NCBI GenBank assembly: GCA_016235455.1
Contig: JACRKZ010000114.1
Span: forward strand, 1 to 15,206
Reading direction: 5' to 3'
Source of the DNA: Armatimonadota bacterium
Lineage (GTDB): Bacteria > Armatimonadota > UBA10988
DNA: 15,206 nucleotides
The notes below the pieces were generated by a model. The model did not search any database and had not been told where the DNA came from. It was given only the letters and a program-made list of their open reading frames with translations. Made by a program: the position numbers and the translations under genes. Shown one piece after another: positions 1 through 7,919 of the stretch; position 1 is the first letter of the stretch; each line of letters opens with the position of its first letter.

Positions 1-180
1 CTGCACCCGCGCGTCGCCAAAGTAGGCCGGGAAGCCGATGCCGGTGGGGTTGGCTTCGGGCCGGCGCATGGTGTAGCGCACATTGATGCCCAGCACCAGC
101 GGCACCCGGATGGGCCGGCGCGCGCGGTAGGCGTCCCACACTTCGCGCACCTCGGCGTTGTGCGCCTCAAAGTCGGTCAC
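1..180 (-). CDS. 5' part of a gene running off the left edge; probable uroporphyrinogen decarboxylase (UroD/MtaA-like) family protein
   Basis: My translation from GTG at 180 is MTDFEAHNAEVREVWDAYRARRPIRVPLVLGINVRYTMRRPEANPTGIGFPAYFGDARVQ, open to the window edge with GC3-rich codons. The N-terminus resembles UroD-family proteins as I recall them. The catalytic region is outside the window and the start could lie slightly upstream. Confidence 0.5.
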   Translation of the reverse strand, partial: MTDFEAHNAEVREVWDAYRARRPIRVPLVLGINVRYTMRRPEANPTGIGFPAYFGDARVQ

Positions 181-229
181 GGGTGGTAGCAGCGACACGG
201 TCTGGCCCTCCACGCCGAGGGATTGGCCG

Positions 230-259
230 TTGACAACTGCCCTCCTGCGCGCAAACGAT
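230..259 (+). promoter_or_regulatory. Possible sigma70-type promoter for the DUF302 gene
   Basis: Perfect TTGACA at 230-235 and a weak -10-like AACGAT at 254-259 (18-nt spacer). GGGAG RBS at 269-273 precedes the ATG at 280. Confidence 0.4.
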
Positions 260-279
260 GAGTTGAGCGGGAGTGAACC

Positions 280-669
280 ATGGACGGTGCCAAGGTGACG
301 ATGCAGGGCGACATGGACTCTGTAGTAGCGCGGACGACAGCTGCGTTGAAGGCCGAGGGATTCGGCGTGCTGGTGGACATCGATGTCGCGGCCACGCTCA
401 AAGAGAAGATCGGCGTTGACCGCGCGGCGTACCGCATCCTGGGCGCCTGCAACCCGAAGATGGCTGACCTGGCACTCCAGGCCGAGCCCGATGTCGGGCT
501 GCTGTTGCCGTGCAACGTCACGGTGCGCGACCTCGGCGACGGCCAGATCATGGTGTCGTTCGTGGACCCGGTGGCGTTGCTGGGCCTGGTGGGCCGGCCT
601 GATCTGGCCGATGCGGCGCGGCAGGTGGCCGATGGCCTGGCGCGTGCGGCGGCTGCGTTGGCGGGGTGA
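280..669 (+). CDS. DUF302 domain-containing protein (129 aa)
   Basis: Family-typical motifs [19 protein letters not shown] and [10 protein letters not shown]; RBS present. Confidence 0.9.
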   Translation: MDGAKVTMQGDMDSVVARTTAALKAEGFGVLVDIDVAATLKEKIGVDRAAYRILGACNPKMADLALQAEPDVGLLLPCNVTVRDLGDGQIMVSFVDPVALLGLVGRPDLADAARQVADGLARAAAALAG

Positions 670-676
670 GCGACGC

Positions 677-1948
677 CTAACCGGCCGACTTCAGCGCCGC
701 CACCAGTTCCGCCGTCTCGCCCAGCGCCTCGCGCAGGTAGCCCAGCACCAGGTCGATCTGCTCGGCGGTGACCACCAGCGGCGGCTCCAGCCGGACCGTC
801 TCGGGCTTGTTCAGCGCGTAGGCGATAAGCAGCTTCTTGAGCGCCAGCTTGGCGATGCACAGGCCGCCGATGTCCTCGTCGAAGAACTCGACGCCGACCA
901 GCAGGCCGCGGCCGCGTACGCTCTTGACCATCTCGGGGAACTGGCCCTGCAGTTCGCGCAGCCCGGCAAGCAGTTGGTTGCCGCGCTCACGGGCTTTAGA
1001 GGCCAGGTCTTGGGCAATGATACTGCGCACCGCGGCCAGGCCGGCGGCGCAGGCCAGCGGGTTGCCGCCCCAGGTGCTGGTGTGGATGAGCGGGTTGGCG
1101 ATCATCGGCTGCCACACTTCGGGCGTGGTGATGACCGCGCCGATAGGCATGACGCCGCCGCCGAGCGCCTTGGCCAGCGTCATCACGTCCGGCGCCACGC
1201 CGTCGTGCTCACAGCCGAACAGGTAGCCGGTGCGGCCAAAGCCGGTCTGCACTTCGTCGAAGATGAGCTTGGCGCCGTGCCGGTCGCAGGCTTCGCGCGC
1301 GGCGCGCAGGTAGCCGTCCGGCGGCGTGATGGCGCCGGCTTCGCCCTGCACAGGCTCCAGGATGACCGCGGCGGTGTTGTCGTCAACCGCCGCGGCCAGC
1401 GCCTCGGCGTCGCCGTAGGGCACATGCACCACGCCGGGGATGAGCGGCTCGAACGGCGCGCGGTACTTGGCGCGGCCGGAGACGGACAGGCCGCCGAGCG
1501 TCTTGCCGTGGAAGGCCTCCCAGGTGCTGACGATGCGCGTGCGCGGCTTGCCCTGGGCGTGGAAGAACATGCGCACCAGCTTGATGGCGCCCTCCACGGC
1601 CTCGGCGCCGCTGTTGCAGAAGAAGGTGTGGCGCAGTTCGCCGGGGGTGATCTCGGCCAGCAGTTCGGCCAAGTCGGCCTGCTGGCGGCTCATCATCAGG
1701 CGGGAACTCATGGGCATCAGGTCGAGCTGCGCGTGCACCGCGGCGCGCACCTCGGGCGGATTGTGGCCCAGGCTGTAGACGCCGAAGCCGCCGAGGAAGT
1801 CCAGGTACTGGTTGCCATCCTCGTCCCACACGTAGCAGCCCTCGGCGCGATGCTCCACCACACCGAAACCCATGAAGTCCAGCAGCTTGGCCAGACCGGG
1901 GTTGAGGTACAGCTTGTACTTGGTCAGGATTGCCGCCAGGTCGCTCAT
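677..1948 (-). CDS. Class-III PLP-dependent aminotransferase (PatA/ArgD-like), 423 aa
   Basis: Motifs YLDFLGGFG, FFCNSGAEAVEGAIKL, FHGKTLG, ILEPVQGEAG, IFDEVQTGFGRTG, TLAKALGGG (PLP lysine), HTSTWGGNPLACAA and VRLEPPL. The likely start is ATG at 1948, which overlaps the upstream stop (ATGA) and has a GGAG RBS; 2389 is unlikely. Confidence 0.93.
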   Translation of the reverse strand: MSDLAAILTKYKLYLNPGLAKLLDFMGFGVVEHRAEGCYVWDEDGNQYLDFLGGFGVYSLGHNPPEVRAAVHAQLDLMPMSSRLMMSRQQADLAELLAEITPGELRHTFFCNSGAEAVEGAIKLVRMFFHAQGKPRTRIVSTWEAFHGKTLGGLSVSGRAKYRAPFEPLIPGVVHVPYGDAEALAAAVDDNTAAVILEPVQGEAGAITPPDGYLRAAREACDRHGAKLIFDEVQTGFGRTGYLFGCEHDGVAPDVMTLAKALGGGVMPIGAVITTPEVWQPMIANPLIHTSTWGGNPLACAAGLAAVRSIIAQDLASKARERGNQLLAGLRELQGQFPEMVKSVRGRGLLVGVEFFDEDIGGLCIAKLALKKLLIAYALNKPETVRLEPPLVVTAEQIDLVLGYLREALGETAELVAALKSAG

Positions 1949-2763
1949 TGTGCGTCTCCATACCACCGGCGCAGCCCTTCGAGGCTGCGTTGGGCGATGG
2001 TGTAGCCCTCCTGCTCGAAGCGGAACACTTCGACCGAGCAGTAGCCGCCAAAGCCAATGGCGCGCAGCGCCTCGGCGACGGTGGTGTGGTCGAAATCGCC
2101 CATGCCGGGGCCGAGGAGGTTGGGGTCGTTGACGTGGAAGTGCCGCAGATGCGCCGCCGACGCTCGGATCACGTCGGCCATGGGCTCGGTCTCGCCGCCA
2201 CTCATGGCCTTGATGTCCAGGATCATCTGGAAGTGCTCGTGGTCCACATCGGACACCATGCGTCGGCCATCGGCGGCGCACTGGATGAAGTCGGTCTCGC
2301 TGGGCGCCAACGGCTCGATGCAGAAGGTCACGCCGCGGCTGGCGGCACGGTCGGCCAGGCGCCGGAAGCCCTCGACCGCGCGCTGCCAACTGGCTTCGTA
2401 GCTGTCGAGCACCGTGCGCTGCTTGGGCGAGCCACAGACCATGATGCCGCCGCCGATATCGCCGCAGAAGTCCACCAGGTCGAGCATGTAGGCCAGCGTG
2501 CGCTCGCGCAGCGCGTCGTCCGGCGTGGTCAGGTGCAGGCCTTCGGGCTTGATCAGCAGCCAGTGCAGGCCGACCACCTCCAGCCCGTGCTCCTCAGCCA
2601 TGCGGCGCAGTGCCACGCGGTCGCCCTCGAGCAGGTCATGCACGGTGTCGGCCAGCGTGAACGGCGCGATCTCGATGCCGTCGTAGCCAAGCTCCGAGAG
2701 CTGGTGGCAGATGTCGTGGAACGGCGTCGGGCCGAACATCTCGTTGCAGGCGGCGAACTTCAT
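1945..2763 (-). CDS. Sugar phosphate isomerase/epimerase, xylose isomerase-like TIM barrel (D-tagatose/psicose 3-epimerase-like), 272 aa
   Basis: Motifs GYDGIEIAP, CGSPKQR, CIEPL, ILD, HFHVND, GPGMG and CSVEVF give the E/D/H/E metal-ligand pattern. A GAGGAG RBS lies in the end of the upstream gene. Confidence 0.9.
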   Translation of the reverse strand: MKFAACNEMFGPTPFHDICHQLSELGYDGIEIAPFTLADTVHDLLEGDRVALRRMAEEHGLEVVGLHWLLIKPEGLHLTTPDDALRERTLAYMLDLVDFCGDIGGGIMVCGSPKQRTVLDSYEASWQRAVEGFRRLADRAASRGVTFCIEPLAPSETDFIQCAADGRRMVSDVDHEHFQMILDIKAMSGGETEPMADVIRASAAHLRHFHVNDPNLLGPGMGDFDHTTVAEALRAIGFGGYCSVEVFRFEQEGYTIAQRSLEGLRRWYGDAQ

Positions 2764-2767
2764 GGGG

Positions 2768-3694
2768 CTACTCCTCGCAGTTCAGCCGCTCGGCCACGGG
2801 GTAGTCGGGCAGGCTGCGGTAGGCGTGGCTGTGCGCGGCCTCGGCCGCCAGACCGGCGGCGATCCAGGCCAGGCCGCCGGCCAGCAGGCCGGCGCACGGC
2901 GCCTCCAACCGGTGCCAGCCGAAGAGGAGGATCCAGAACCAGCTGCAAAGGCCGAGGACCACCATGAGCAGGCCGGTCCCACCGAGCATATGCAGCGGAC
3001 GGCTGCGGTAGCGGGTGATGAAGACGACGGTGAACAGGTCCATCATGCCGCGCGCATAGCGTTCGAGACCGTACTTGCTGACGCCACTGCGCCGCGGATG
3101 ATGCGTCACGGCCAGCTCGCCGATGGTGAAGCCGCGGGCCGAGGCCAGCACGGGGATGTAGCGGTGCAACTCGCCCCACAGGCGCAACTCGTCGATGACC
3201 GCGCGGCGATAGGCCTTGAACCCGCAGTTCATGTCGTGCAGGCCGATGCCGGTGACCCGCCGCACGGTGCCATTGAACAGCTTGCTGGGCAGCGTCTTCT
3301 CTTTCGGGTCGTGGCGCACGGCCTTCCAGCCGCTGACCACGTCGAACTCCTCCAGCGCCTTGAGGAAGCGGGGGATCTCGGCGGGATCGTCCTGCAGGTC
3401 GGCGTCCATGGTGATGACGGCCTCGCCGCGCACGCAGCGGAAGGCGGTGTCGAGCGCGGCTGCCTTGCCCAGGTTGCGGCGGAAGAAGATGACCCGGCAG
3501 AGCGGATCCTCGGCGGCCAGCTCGCGCAACACGTTGCGCGTGCCATCGGTGCTGCCGTCATCAACGAAGACAAACTCGCCGCTGACGCCGGCGGTCTCCA
3601 GCTGAGCCCGCACCTGCTGCCACAGGTCGCGCACCGTGCCGACCTCGTTGTAGCAGGGAATGACGAACGAAACGCGAGGAGTCTCTGCTGCCAT
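2768..3694 (-). CDS. Family 2 glycosyltransferase, polyprenol-phosphate type (ArnC/DPM1/GtrB-like), 308 aa
   Basis: Motifs VIPCYNE, FVDDGSTDGT, RNLGKAAAL, TMDADLQDDP, DMNCGFKAYR, HRYIP and R..GVSKYG, plus two C-terminal hydrophobic helices. Start placed at ATG 3694, which has a GAGG RBS. Confidence 0.92.
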   Translation of the reverse strand: MAAETPRVSFVIPCYNEVGTVRDLWQQVRAQLETAGVSGEFVFVDDGSTDGTRNVLRELAAEDPLCRVIFFRRNLGKAAALDTAFRCVRGEAVITMDADLQDDPAEIPRFLKALEEFDVVSGWKAVRHDPKEKTLPSKLFNGTVRRVTGIGLHDMNCGFKAYRRAVIDELRLWGELHRYIPVLASARGFTIGELAVTHHPRRSGVSKYGLERYARGMMDLFTVVFITRYRSRPLHMLGGTGLLMVVLGLCSWFWILLFGWHRLEAPCAGLLAGGLAWIAAGLAAEAAHSHAYRSLPDYPVAERLNCEE

Positions 3695-3753
3695 GGTGGT
3701 GCCTCGCCGACACGATAGCACCAACCCCGCCGCGCGGCAACGCTCCAGATAGC

Positions 3754-3784
3754 TTGACAATTCTGGTCATATGACCACAATTGT
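3754..3784 (+). promoter_or_regulatory. Sigma70-type promoter with overlapping palindromic operator upstream of the NifB/NifX-family gene
   Basis: TTGACA at 3754-3759 and CACAAT at 3776-3781. A perfect 14-bp palindrome TGGTCATATGACCA (3764-3777) extends to 28 bp (3757-3784) with one mismatched pair. The site is AT-rich against a GC-rich background. Confidence 0.8.
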
Positions 3785-3801
3785 GGCAGTGGAGACGGGT
3801 C

Positions 3802-4206
3802 ATGAAAGTCTGTGTGCCGGTGACAGCTGATCAGGGGCTGGACAGCGCGGTGAGTCTGCATTTCGGCTCGGCGCCGTGGTTTGCCATGGTGGACACGGAG
3901 ACCGGTGTGACGCGCATGGTGGTCAATGGCGACAGCGACCATGCTCATGGCGCCTGCCAGCCGCTCCGCGCGTTGGGTGGCGAGAGCGTCGACGCGGTGG
4001 TGGCGGGCGGCATCGGCGCAGGGGCCATGGCCCGGCTGCGCGAGACCGGCATGAAGGTCTATCTGACCCGGCCCGGCACGGTGCGCAGGGCGCTGGCGGC
4101 GCTGGCCGCGGGTGAGTTGATGGAGGCCAGTCCGGCCGAGGCCTGCGCCCACCACGGCGAGGGTGACGGCTGCCATGGGCAGGCCGCGCCGATCCAGCTC
4201 AGCTGA
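3802..4206 (+). CDS. NifB/NifX-family (dinitrogenase FeMo-cofactor biosynthesis domain) metal-cluster-binding protein, 134 aa
   Basis: Motifs MKVCVP, VSLHFGSAPWFAMVD, HGACQP and VDAVVAGGIGAGA, with a Cys/His tail ACAHHGEGDGCHG. GGAG RBS at 3791-3794, ATG at 3802. Confidence 0.9.
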   Translation: MKVCVPVTADQGLDSAVSLHFGSAPWFAMVDTETGVTRMVVNGDSDHAHGACQPLRALGGESVDAVVAGGIGAGAMARLRETGMKVYLTRPGTVRRALAALAAGELMEASPAEACAHHGEGDGCHGQAAPIQLS

Positions 4207-4510
4207 CGTCGATCGGCGGGTCAACGACCACCGGGCCGCCTTCGATCAGCAGTGCCTTGCCATTGACCAGCGCGTCGGCAGTCTTGCGGCGCGCGCTGGC
4301 CACGATACGGCCGAAGGTCGGTCTCGAGATGCCCATGCGTTCAGCGGCGGCGGCCTGATAGAGCCCTTCCAGGTCGGCCAGCCGGAGGGCTTCCAGCTCA
4401 TCCAGCGTCATCGCTATCGCGGCCAGCCGGGCCATGGGTATGCCGGCCGGCTTGAACGCCGCCGTGATGGGCACCCCGGTGATTCGTCGCTGGCAATGCG
4501 GTCTGGGCAT
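4199..4510 (-). CDS. DUF134 family predicted DNA-binding (HTH) protein, 103 aa
   Basis: Motifs MPRP..RRI, FKPAG, LDELEALRLADLEGLYQ..AAERMGISRPTF.RI..SARRK.ADAL and GKALLIEGG. GGAGG RBS at 4521-4517. Confidence 0.93.
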   Translation of the reverse strand: MPRPHCQRRITGVPITAAFKPAGIPMARLAAIAMTLDELEALRLADLEGLYQAAAAERMGISRPTFGRIVASARRKTADALVNGKALLIEGGPVVVDPPIDVS

Positions 4511-4527
4511 CGACCACCTCCGGCCTG

Positions 4528-4556
4528 AGCAAACGACATCTGTCGTCCTGTGTCAA
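4528..4556 (-). promoter_or_regulatory. Promoter of the DUF134 gene with an inverted repeat in the spacer
   Basis: On the minus strand: TTGACA (4556-4551), 4 nt, then ACGACA-GA-TGTCGT (4546-4533). A weak -10 TTTGCT sits at 17-nt spacing. Confidence 0.6.
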
Positions 4557-4630
4557 GTGTTTGCTGGCGCTACCAGGCCCATTGTTGCATCTAGTGAAAC
4601 AAGTGACATCATCATTCATTGCAATGATAC

Positions 4631-4659
4631 TTGGGCTGGAGGCGTGGCTCGGCTACAAT
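4631..4659 (+). promoter_or_regulatory. Probable promoter for the P-loop kinase gene (near-leaderless transcript)
   Basis: TTGGGC-N17-TACAAT. The ATG at 4670 lies 10 nt past the -10 element with no Shine-Dalgarno in between. Confidence 0.5.
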
Positions 4660-4669
4660 GGTACGTGCG

Positions 4670-5197
4670 ATGGACACGCCGCGACGGATAGTAGTGTTGG
4701 GCACGACGGGCAGCGGGAAGTCGACGCTGGCGCGTCGGCTGGCTGAGCGGCTGGCGTTGCGCTATGTCGAGCTGGACGATCTGAGCTGGCAGCCGGGCTG
4801 GCGCGAGACGCCGATCGAGCTGTTCAGGCACCTGGTGCGGCAGGCCACCGACGGCGACACATGGGTCGTGGCGGGCAACTACAAGCGAGTTCGCGACCTG
4901 TACTGGCCGCGCGCCGATCTGCTGGTGATCCTGGACTATCCGTTTCCGCTGGTGTTCTGGCGACTGCTGTGTCGCACGTTCCGGCGCGGTATCAGCGGGG
5001 AATCCTGCTGCAATGGCAACCGTGAGCGCCTGCTGCCGCACTTCTACAGCCGGGACTCGCTGTTGTGGTGGTGTATCACGACCTACCGCCGGCGCCGCCG
5101 CGAGTTCCTGTGGCTCGACGAGCCGGGCCACAGCGAGGTGCCCGTGCTGCGCCTCACAACGCCATGGGCGACGGAGCGTTGGCTGGCGCGCCTGTAG
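4670..5197 (+). CDS. P-loop adenylate kinase-like / FlaR (topology modulation protein)-like protein, 175 aa
   Basis: Walker A in RIVVLGTTGSGKSTLA, followed by ELDDLSWQPGW, WVVAGNY, RAD..V.LDYP and CCNGNRE. Start chosen at ATG 4670; ATG 4658 is an alternative. Confidence 0.85.
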   Translation: MDTPRRIVVLGTTGSGKSTLARRLAERLALRYVELDDLSWQPGWRETPIELFRHLVRQATDGDTWVVAGNYKRVRDLYWPRADLLVILDYPFPLVFWRLLCRTFRRGISGESCCNGNRERLLPHFYSRDSLLWWCITTYRRRRREFLWLDEPGHSEVPVLRLTTPWATERWLARL

Positions 5198-5220
5198 CGC
5201 CCGTCGGTGTGCTGCCGCGG

Positions 5221-5733
5221 CTATGTTCGCCGGGCCACGGCGGGTCCGATGGCGTGGTACGTGCCGCCGCTGTAGATCATGGCGCGGCGCGGGTCCCAGT
5301 CGACGGCCTCATGCACCGCCAGGATCTTGCCAACGAACCAGACGCGCTCGCCCAGGTCGAGCGTCTGGATGACGCGGCATTCGATGTTGACGGGGCATTC
5401 CGCCACGAGGCTGCTGTCGATCTCTTCGGCCGGCACGGCGGTCAGTCCGGTGGCGGCGAACTTGTCGCCATCGCGGCCCGAGAGGGCGCCGCAAGCGTTC
5501 ACCATCTGGGCGTCGGCGTTGGTGGGGATGTTGACCACGAAGCAGCCTTCGACGCTGATGCGCTCGTAGCTGAAGCGGTCCTTGTGGATGCCCACGCCGA
5601 TAGTCGGCGGGTCAAACGAGAAGTAGTGCACCATGGCCACCGTCAGGACATTGGTCTTGGTGCTGACCAGGGCTACCGCCACGGCCGTGTTGCGGCCCAA
5701 ACAACGGTTGATGTCGCCTCGTTCCTTGACCAT
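5221..5733 (-). CDS. Flavin reductase-like (flavoredoxin/DIM6-NTAB) FMN-binding protein, 170 aa
   Basis: Motifs SFDPPTIGVGI, FVVNIP, CG..SGRDGDKF..TGLT, ECPVNIECRV and FVGKI. ATG at 5733 with GGAGG RBS at 5743-5739. The longer 5221..7056 ORF overlaps the glycosidase out of frame. Confidence 0.9.
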   Translation of the reverse strand: MVKERGDINRCLGRNTAVAVALVSTKTNVLTVAMVHYFSFDPPTIGVGIHKDRFSYERISVEGCFVVNIPTNADAQMVNACGALSGRDGDKFAATGLTAVPAEEIDSSLVAECPVNIECRVIQTLDLGERVWFVGKILAVHEAVDWDPRRAMIYSGGTYHAIGPAVARRT

Positions 5734-5864
5734 CGTGGCCTCCGCAAACGCTGCATTCGCGCTGAGCGCCGAGCATCCTCCAGGCAGTATGGCGCACGGC
5801 GCCGATGTGCGGTGACCGACCTGCACGCCGCCGGGGGCAGCCGTGACTCGCGCCGAGCCGCGCC

Positions 5865-7916
5865 TCACAGCGCGGGCTTGAGTCCTTCCCAGCGCACCGT
5901 CCACGAGCCGTCGTCGGGGAAGCCTGGCGCTGGCCGGGCCGGTGCGCCGTCCCAGCCGGCGGCCATCATGGCCACGGCATAGAGCAGGCCGCCGTTGCCC
6001 GGCAGATACGGACACGGGCCACCGGTGTTGATGCCGCGCTCGTCGTAGTGGTTGCGCGGTGAATCCGCCAGCAACGCATCGACGGCGGTCTTGGGCTCGC
6101 CGACCCGCGCGGCGGCCATGGCCATCCAGGGGAAGTCCCAGCCCCAGCAGCGGCCCCATTGCCAGGAGGTCCAGACCTTGTTGACCGTGCGATGCGCGGT
6201 CTCGGGGTCTACGCCGTCGATGGGTGGCAACATGCCCAGCACGCCGATCGGGTCGGGATGCTCCCAGTTGCGCTTCTGGTAGGTATCCAGCCACTCGGCC
6301 GAATGGCAGAACAGACCATCGCGCTCTGGCAGCGGCGCCAGCCCGCGGCGCACCTCGTCCCAGTGCGGCTCGCGGGGCAGGCCGAGCCGCTCGCGCCAGC
6401 GCTGGGCCAGGTCGAGGCCGAACCGCCAGTAGGCCAGGTCGAACACCGTGTCGCGCGTGAAGCCTTGCTCGCTGGGCGGCATGTCGGGCGTCAGGTGGTA
6501 GAGGCCGTCCGCGCCGCGTTGGGCGAAGTCGGCCATGTGCTCGGCCGTGCCTTCGAGGACCGGCCACCACAGGTCGAGCGTGGCTCGCGTGGGCTTCGCA
6601 CGGTAGGCCAGCTCGGCGAAGAACATGGGGTGTGGCTGCTTCCAGAGCAGTGCCTGGTTGCCCGACCACGGTGCGCTGCGGCCTTCGGGACCCACCGACT
6701 TGGGCCACTTGAGCCCACGCAGACCCAGTTGCTCGGCCAACGCGCGCGCGGCCGGGGTGAAGCGCTGATAGCAGGTCAGCGCCTGCTCGGCGCGGTCCCA
6801 GCGGCCCCACAGCGCGTAGTGCGCCAGGTGCCACCAGGCCATCTCCATGTGGAACTGGCCGCGCCACGGGTCGAGCCCCAGCAGGCCGGTCTCGGCGCAG
6901 GGCCAACTGCCCGCCTGCTGCGCGCCCATCTGATACTGCGACAGCACCACGCGGCGCTCGAGCTCGCGCCAGCGCTCGTCGCGACTGCCCGACAGGTCGA
7001 TCGCGCCGCCCGACTGCCAGTAATCGGCCCAGCGTTTGGTGGTCGATTGCAGGCATTCGGTCACGGTCGGCACGGCGGCGGTGTTGGCATTGAGGCCGAA
7101 GCGCGCGGTCAGTTCCAGCGCGTCGGAGTGGGCCAGCACCTGGTAGCGATGTGGGCTGTCGGTCGGCTCCAGCGTGGCGCTCGGCGACCAGGCCAGGTTC
7201 ACGTCGTAGCGGCTGGCATCAACCTCGCGCGACAGTGTGGCGCTGCTGGCCGAGGGCCGGATCAAGCGGGTCACATGACCGTCGGCGCGGCCAAAGTCGC
7301 CCACGGACGGGGTGTTGTCGAGCGTCGGGTAGCCGAAATCGAGCGTCACGCGCAGCGTGCCGTCGGTCAGCAGCGGGCTGCTGATGCGCACGGCCACGGC
7401 GTCCTGCTGCCCGTGCACGGCGGTCTCGACAATGACCGGCCGACCGTCGACACGGTACTCGGCGGTGTGGATGCCGGTCCACAGATCGAGCCGGCGCGAG
7501 GCCTCGGTGAGTTGGCCAGCGGTGACCGCGCGGCCATCGGCGCGGCTCAGGCGCAGCCGGCCCAGATTGAGCCGGTGCGGGTTGTCGAACAGCCAGGCGC
7601 GCAGCGCGTCCTGGCCCGGCGGGAAGTGGTCGGGACCCGTGGGCCGGCCCTTGGCCAGCGTGCCGGTGGCAGGTACCTGGTCGGGCGTAATGCCGGCGGG
7701 CAGCGCGAAGCTGTGCCAGCCCCAGTGCGCCATGGTGTTGCCGGCCAGCGTCTGCAGGCCGGTGCCGTCGAGGCCGACACAGAACTCGCCATTGCCTACC
7801 GGCCAGACGGTGCTGGCGCCGCCGGCCATGGCGTGCCGGCTGACGATGGCGTGGCGGTCCAGCGGGGCCTGCTCGGCGGTGGCGAGCAGGCCCAGGAGCA
7901 GGTAGACAGGCGGCAT
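5865..7916 (-). CDS. Secreted six-hairpin (alpha/alpha)6 glycoside hydrolase-like protein (GH65/GH95-like architecture), 683 aa
   Basis: Short hydrophobic N-terminus, PVGNGEF, and a beta-rich N-half (RRLDLWTG). The Trp-rich helical C-half contains ELERRVVLSQY, FHMEMAWWH, WKQPHP, WGWDFP and YLPGNGGLL. The exact GH family cannot be assigned by eye. Confidence 0.75.
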   Translation of the reverse strand: MPPVYLLLGLLATAEQAPLDRHAIVSRHAMAGGASTVWPVGNGEFCVGLDGTGLQTLAGNTMAHWGWHSFALPAGITPDQVPATGTLAKGRPTGPDHFPPGQDALRAWLFDNPHRLNLGRLRLSRADGRAVTAGQLTEASRRLDLWTGIHTAEYRVDGRPVIVETAVHGQQDAVAVRISSPLLTDGTLRVTLDFGYPTLDNTPSVGDFGRADGHVTRLIRPSASSATLSREVDASRYDVNLAWSPSATLEPTDSPHRYQVLAHSDALELTARFGLNANTAAVPTVTECLQSTTKRWADYWQSGGAIDLSGSRDERWRELERRVVLSQYQMGAQQAGSWPCAETGLLGLDPWRGQFHMEMAWWHLAHYALWGRWDRAEQALTCYQRFTPAARALAEQLGLRGLKWPKSVGPEGRSAPWSGNQALLWKQPHPMFFAELAYRAKPTRATLDLWWPVLEGTAEHMADFAQRGADGLYHLTPDMPPSEQGFTRDTVFDLAYWRFGLDLAQRWRERLGLPREPHWDEVRRGLAPLPERDGLFCHSAEWLDTYQKRNWEHPDPIGVLGMLPPIDGVDPETAHRTVNKVWTSWQWGRCWGWDFPWMAMAAARVGEPKTAVDALLADSPRNHYDERGINTGGPCPYLPGNGGLLYAVAMMAAGWDGAPARPAPGFPDDGSWTVRWEGLKPAL

Positions 7917-7919
7917 GGG

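Noticed and set aside
383-2005. 540-aa plus-strand ORF and the similar ORFs 1930-2967 and 2711-3718
   Set aside because: These are shadow ORFs over well-supported minus-strand genes.
1949-2389. Apparent N-terminal extension of the aminotransferase
   Set aside because: It is an Arg/Pro-rich off-frame reading of the epimerase gene. The ATG at 1948 has an RBS and overlaps the upstream stop.
3802-4206. Nitrogen fixation locus
   Set aside because: Only a stand-alone NifB/NifX-type domain is present. There is no nifHDK in the window, and this family is widespread in non-diazotrophs.
5734-5864. Possible riboswitch or ncRNA upstream of the flavin reductase
   Set aside because: Only generic GC-rich pairing is visible, with no FMN or other riboswitch consensus and no U-tract terminator.
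5734-7056. Apparent 611-aa fusion or frameshift joining the glycosidase region to the flavin reductase
   Set aside because: The extension is an off-frame reading of the glycosidase. The reductase has its own GGAGG and ATG at 5733, and the glycosidase ends normally at 5865.
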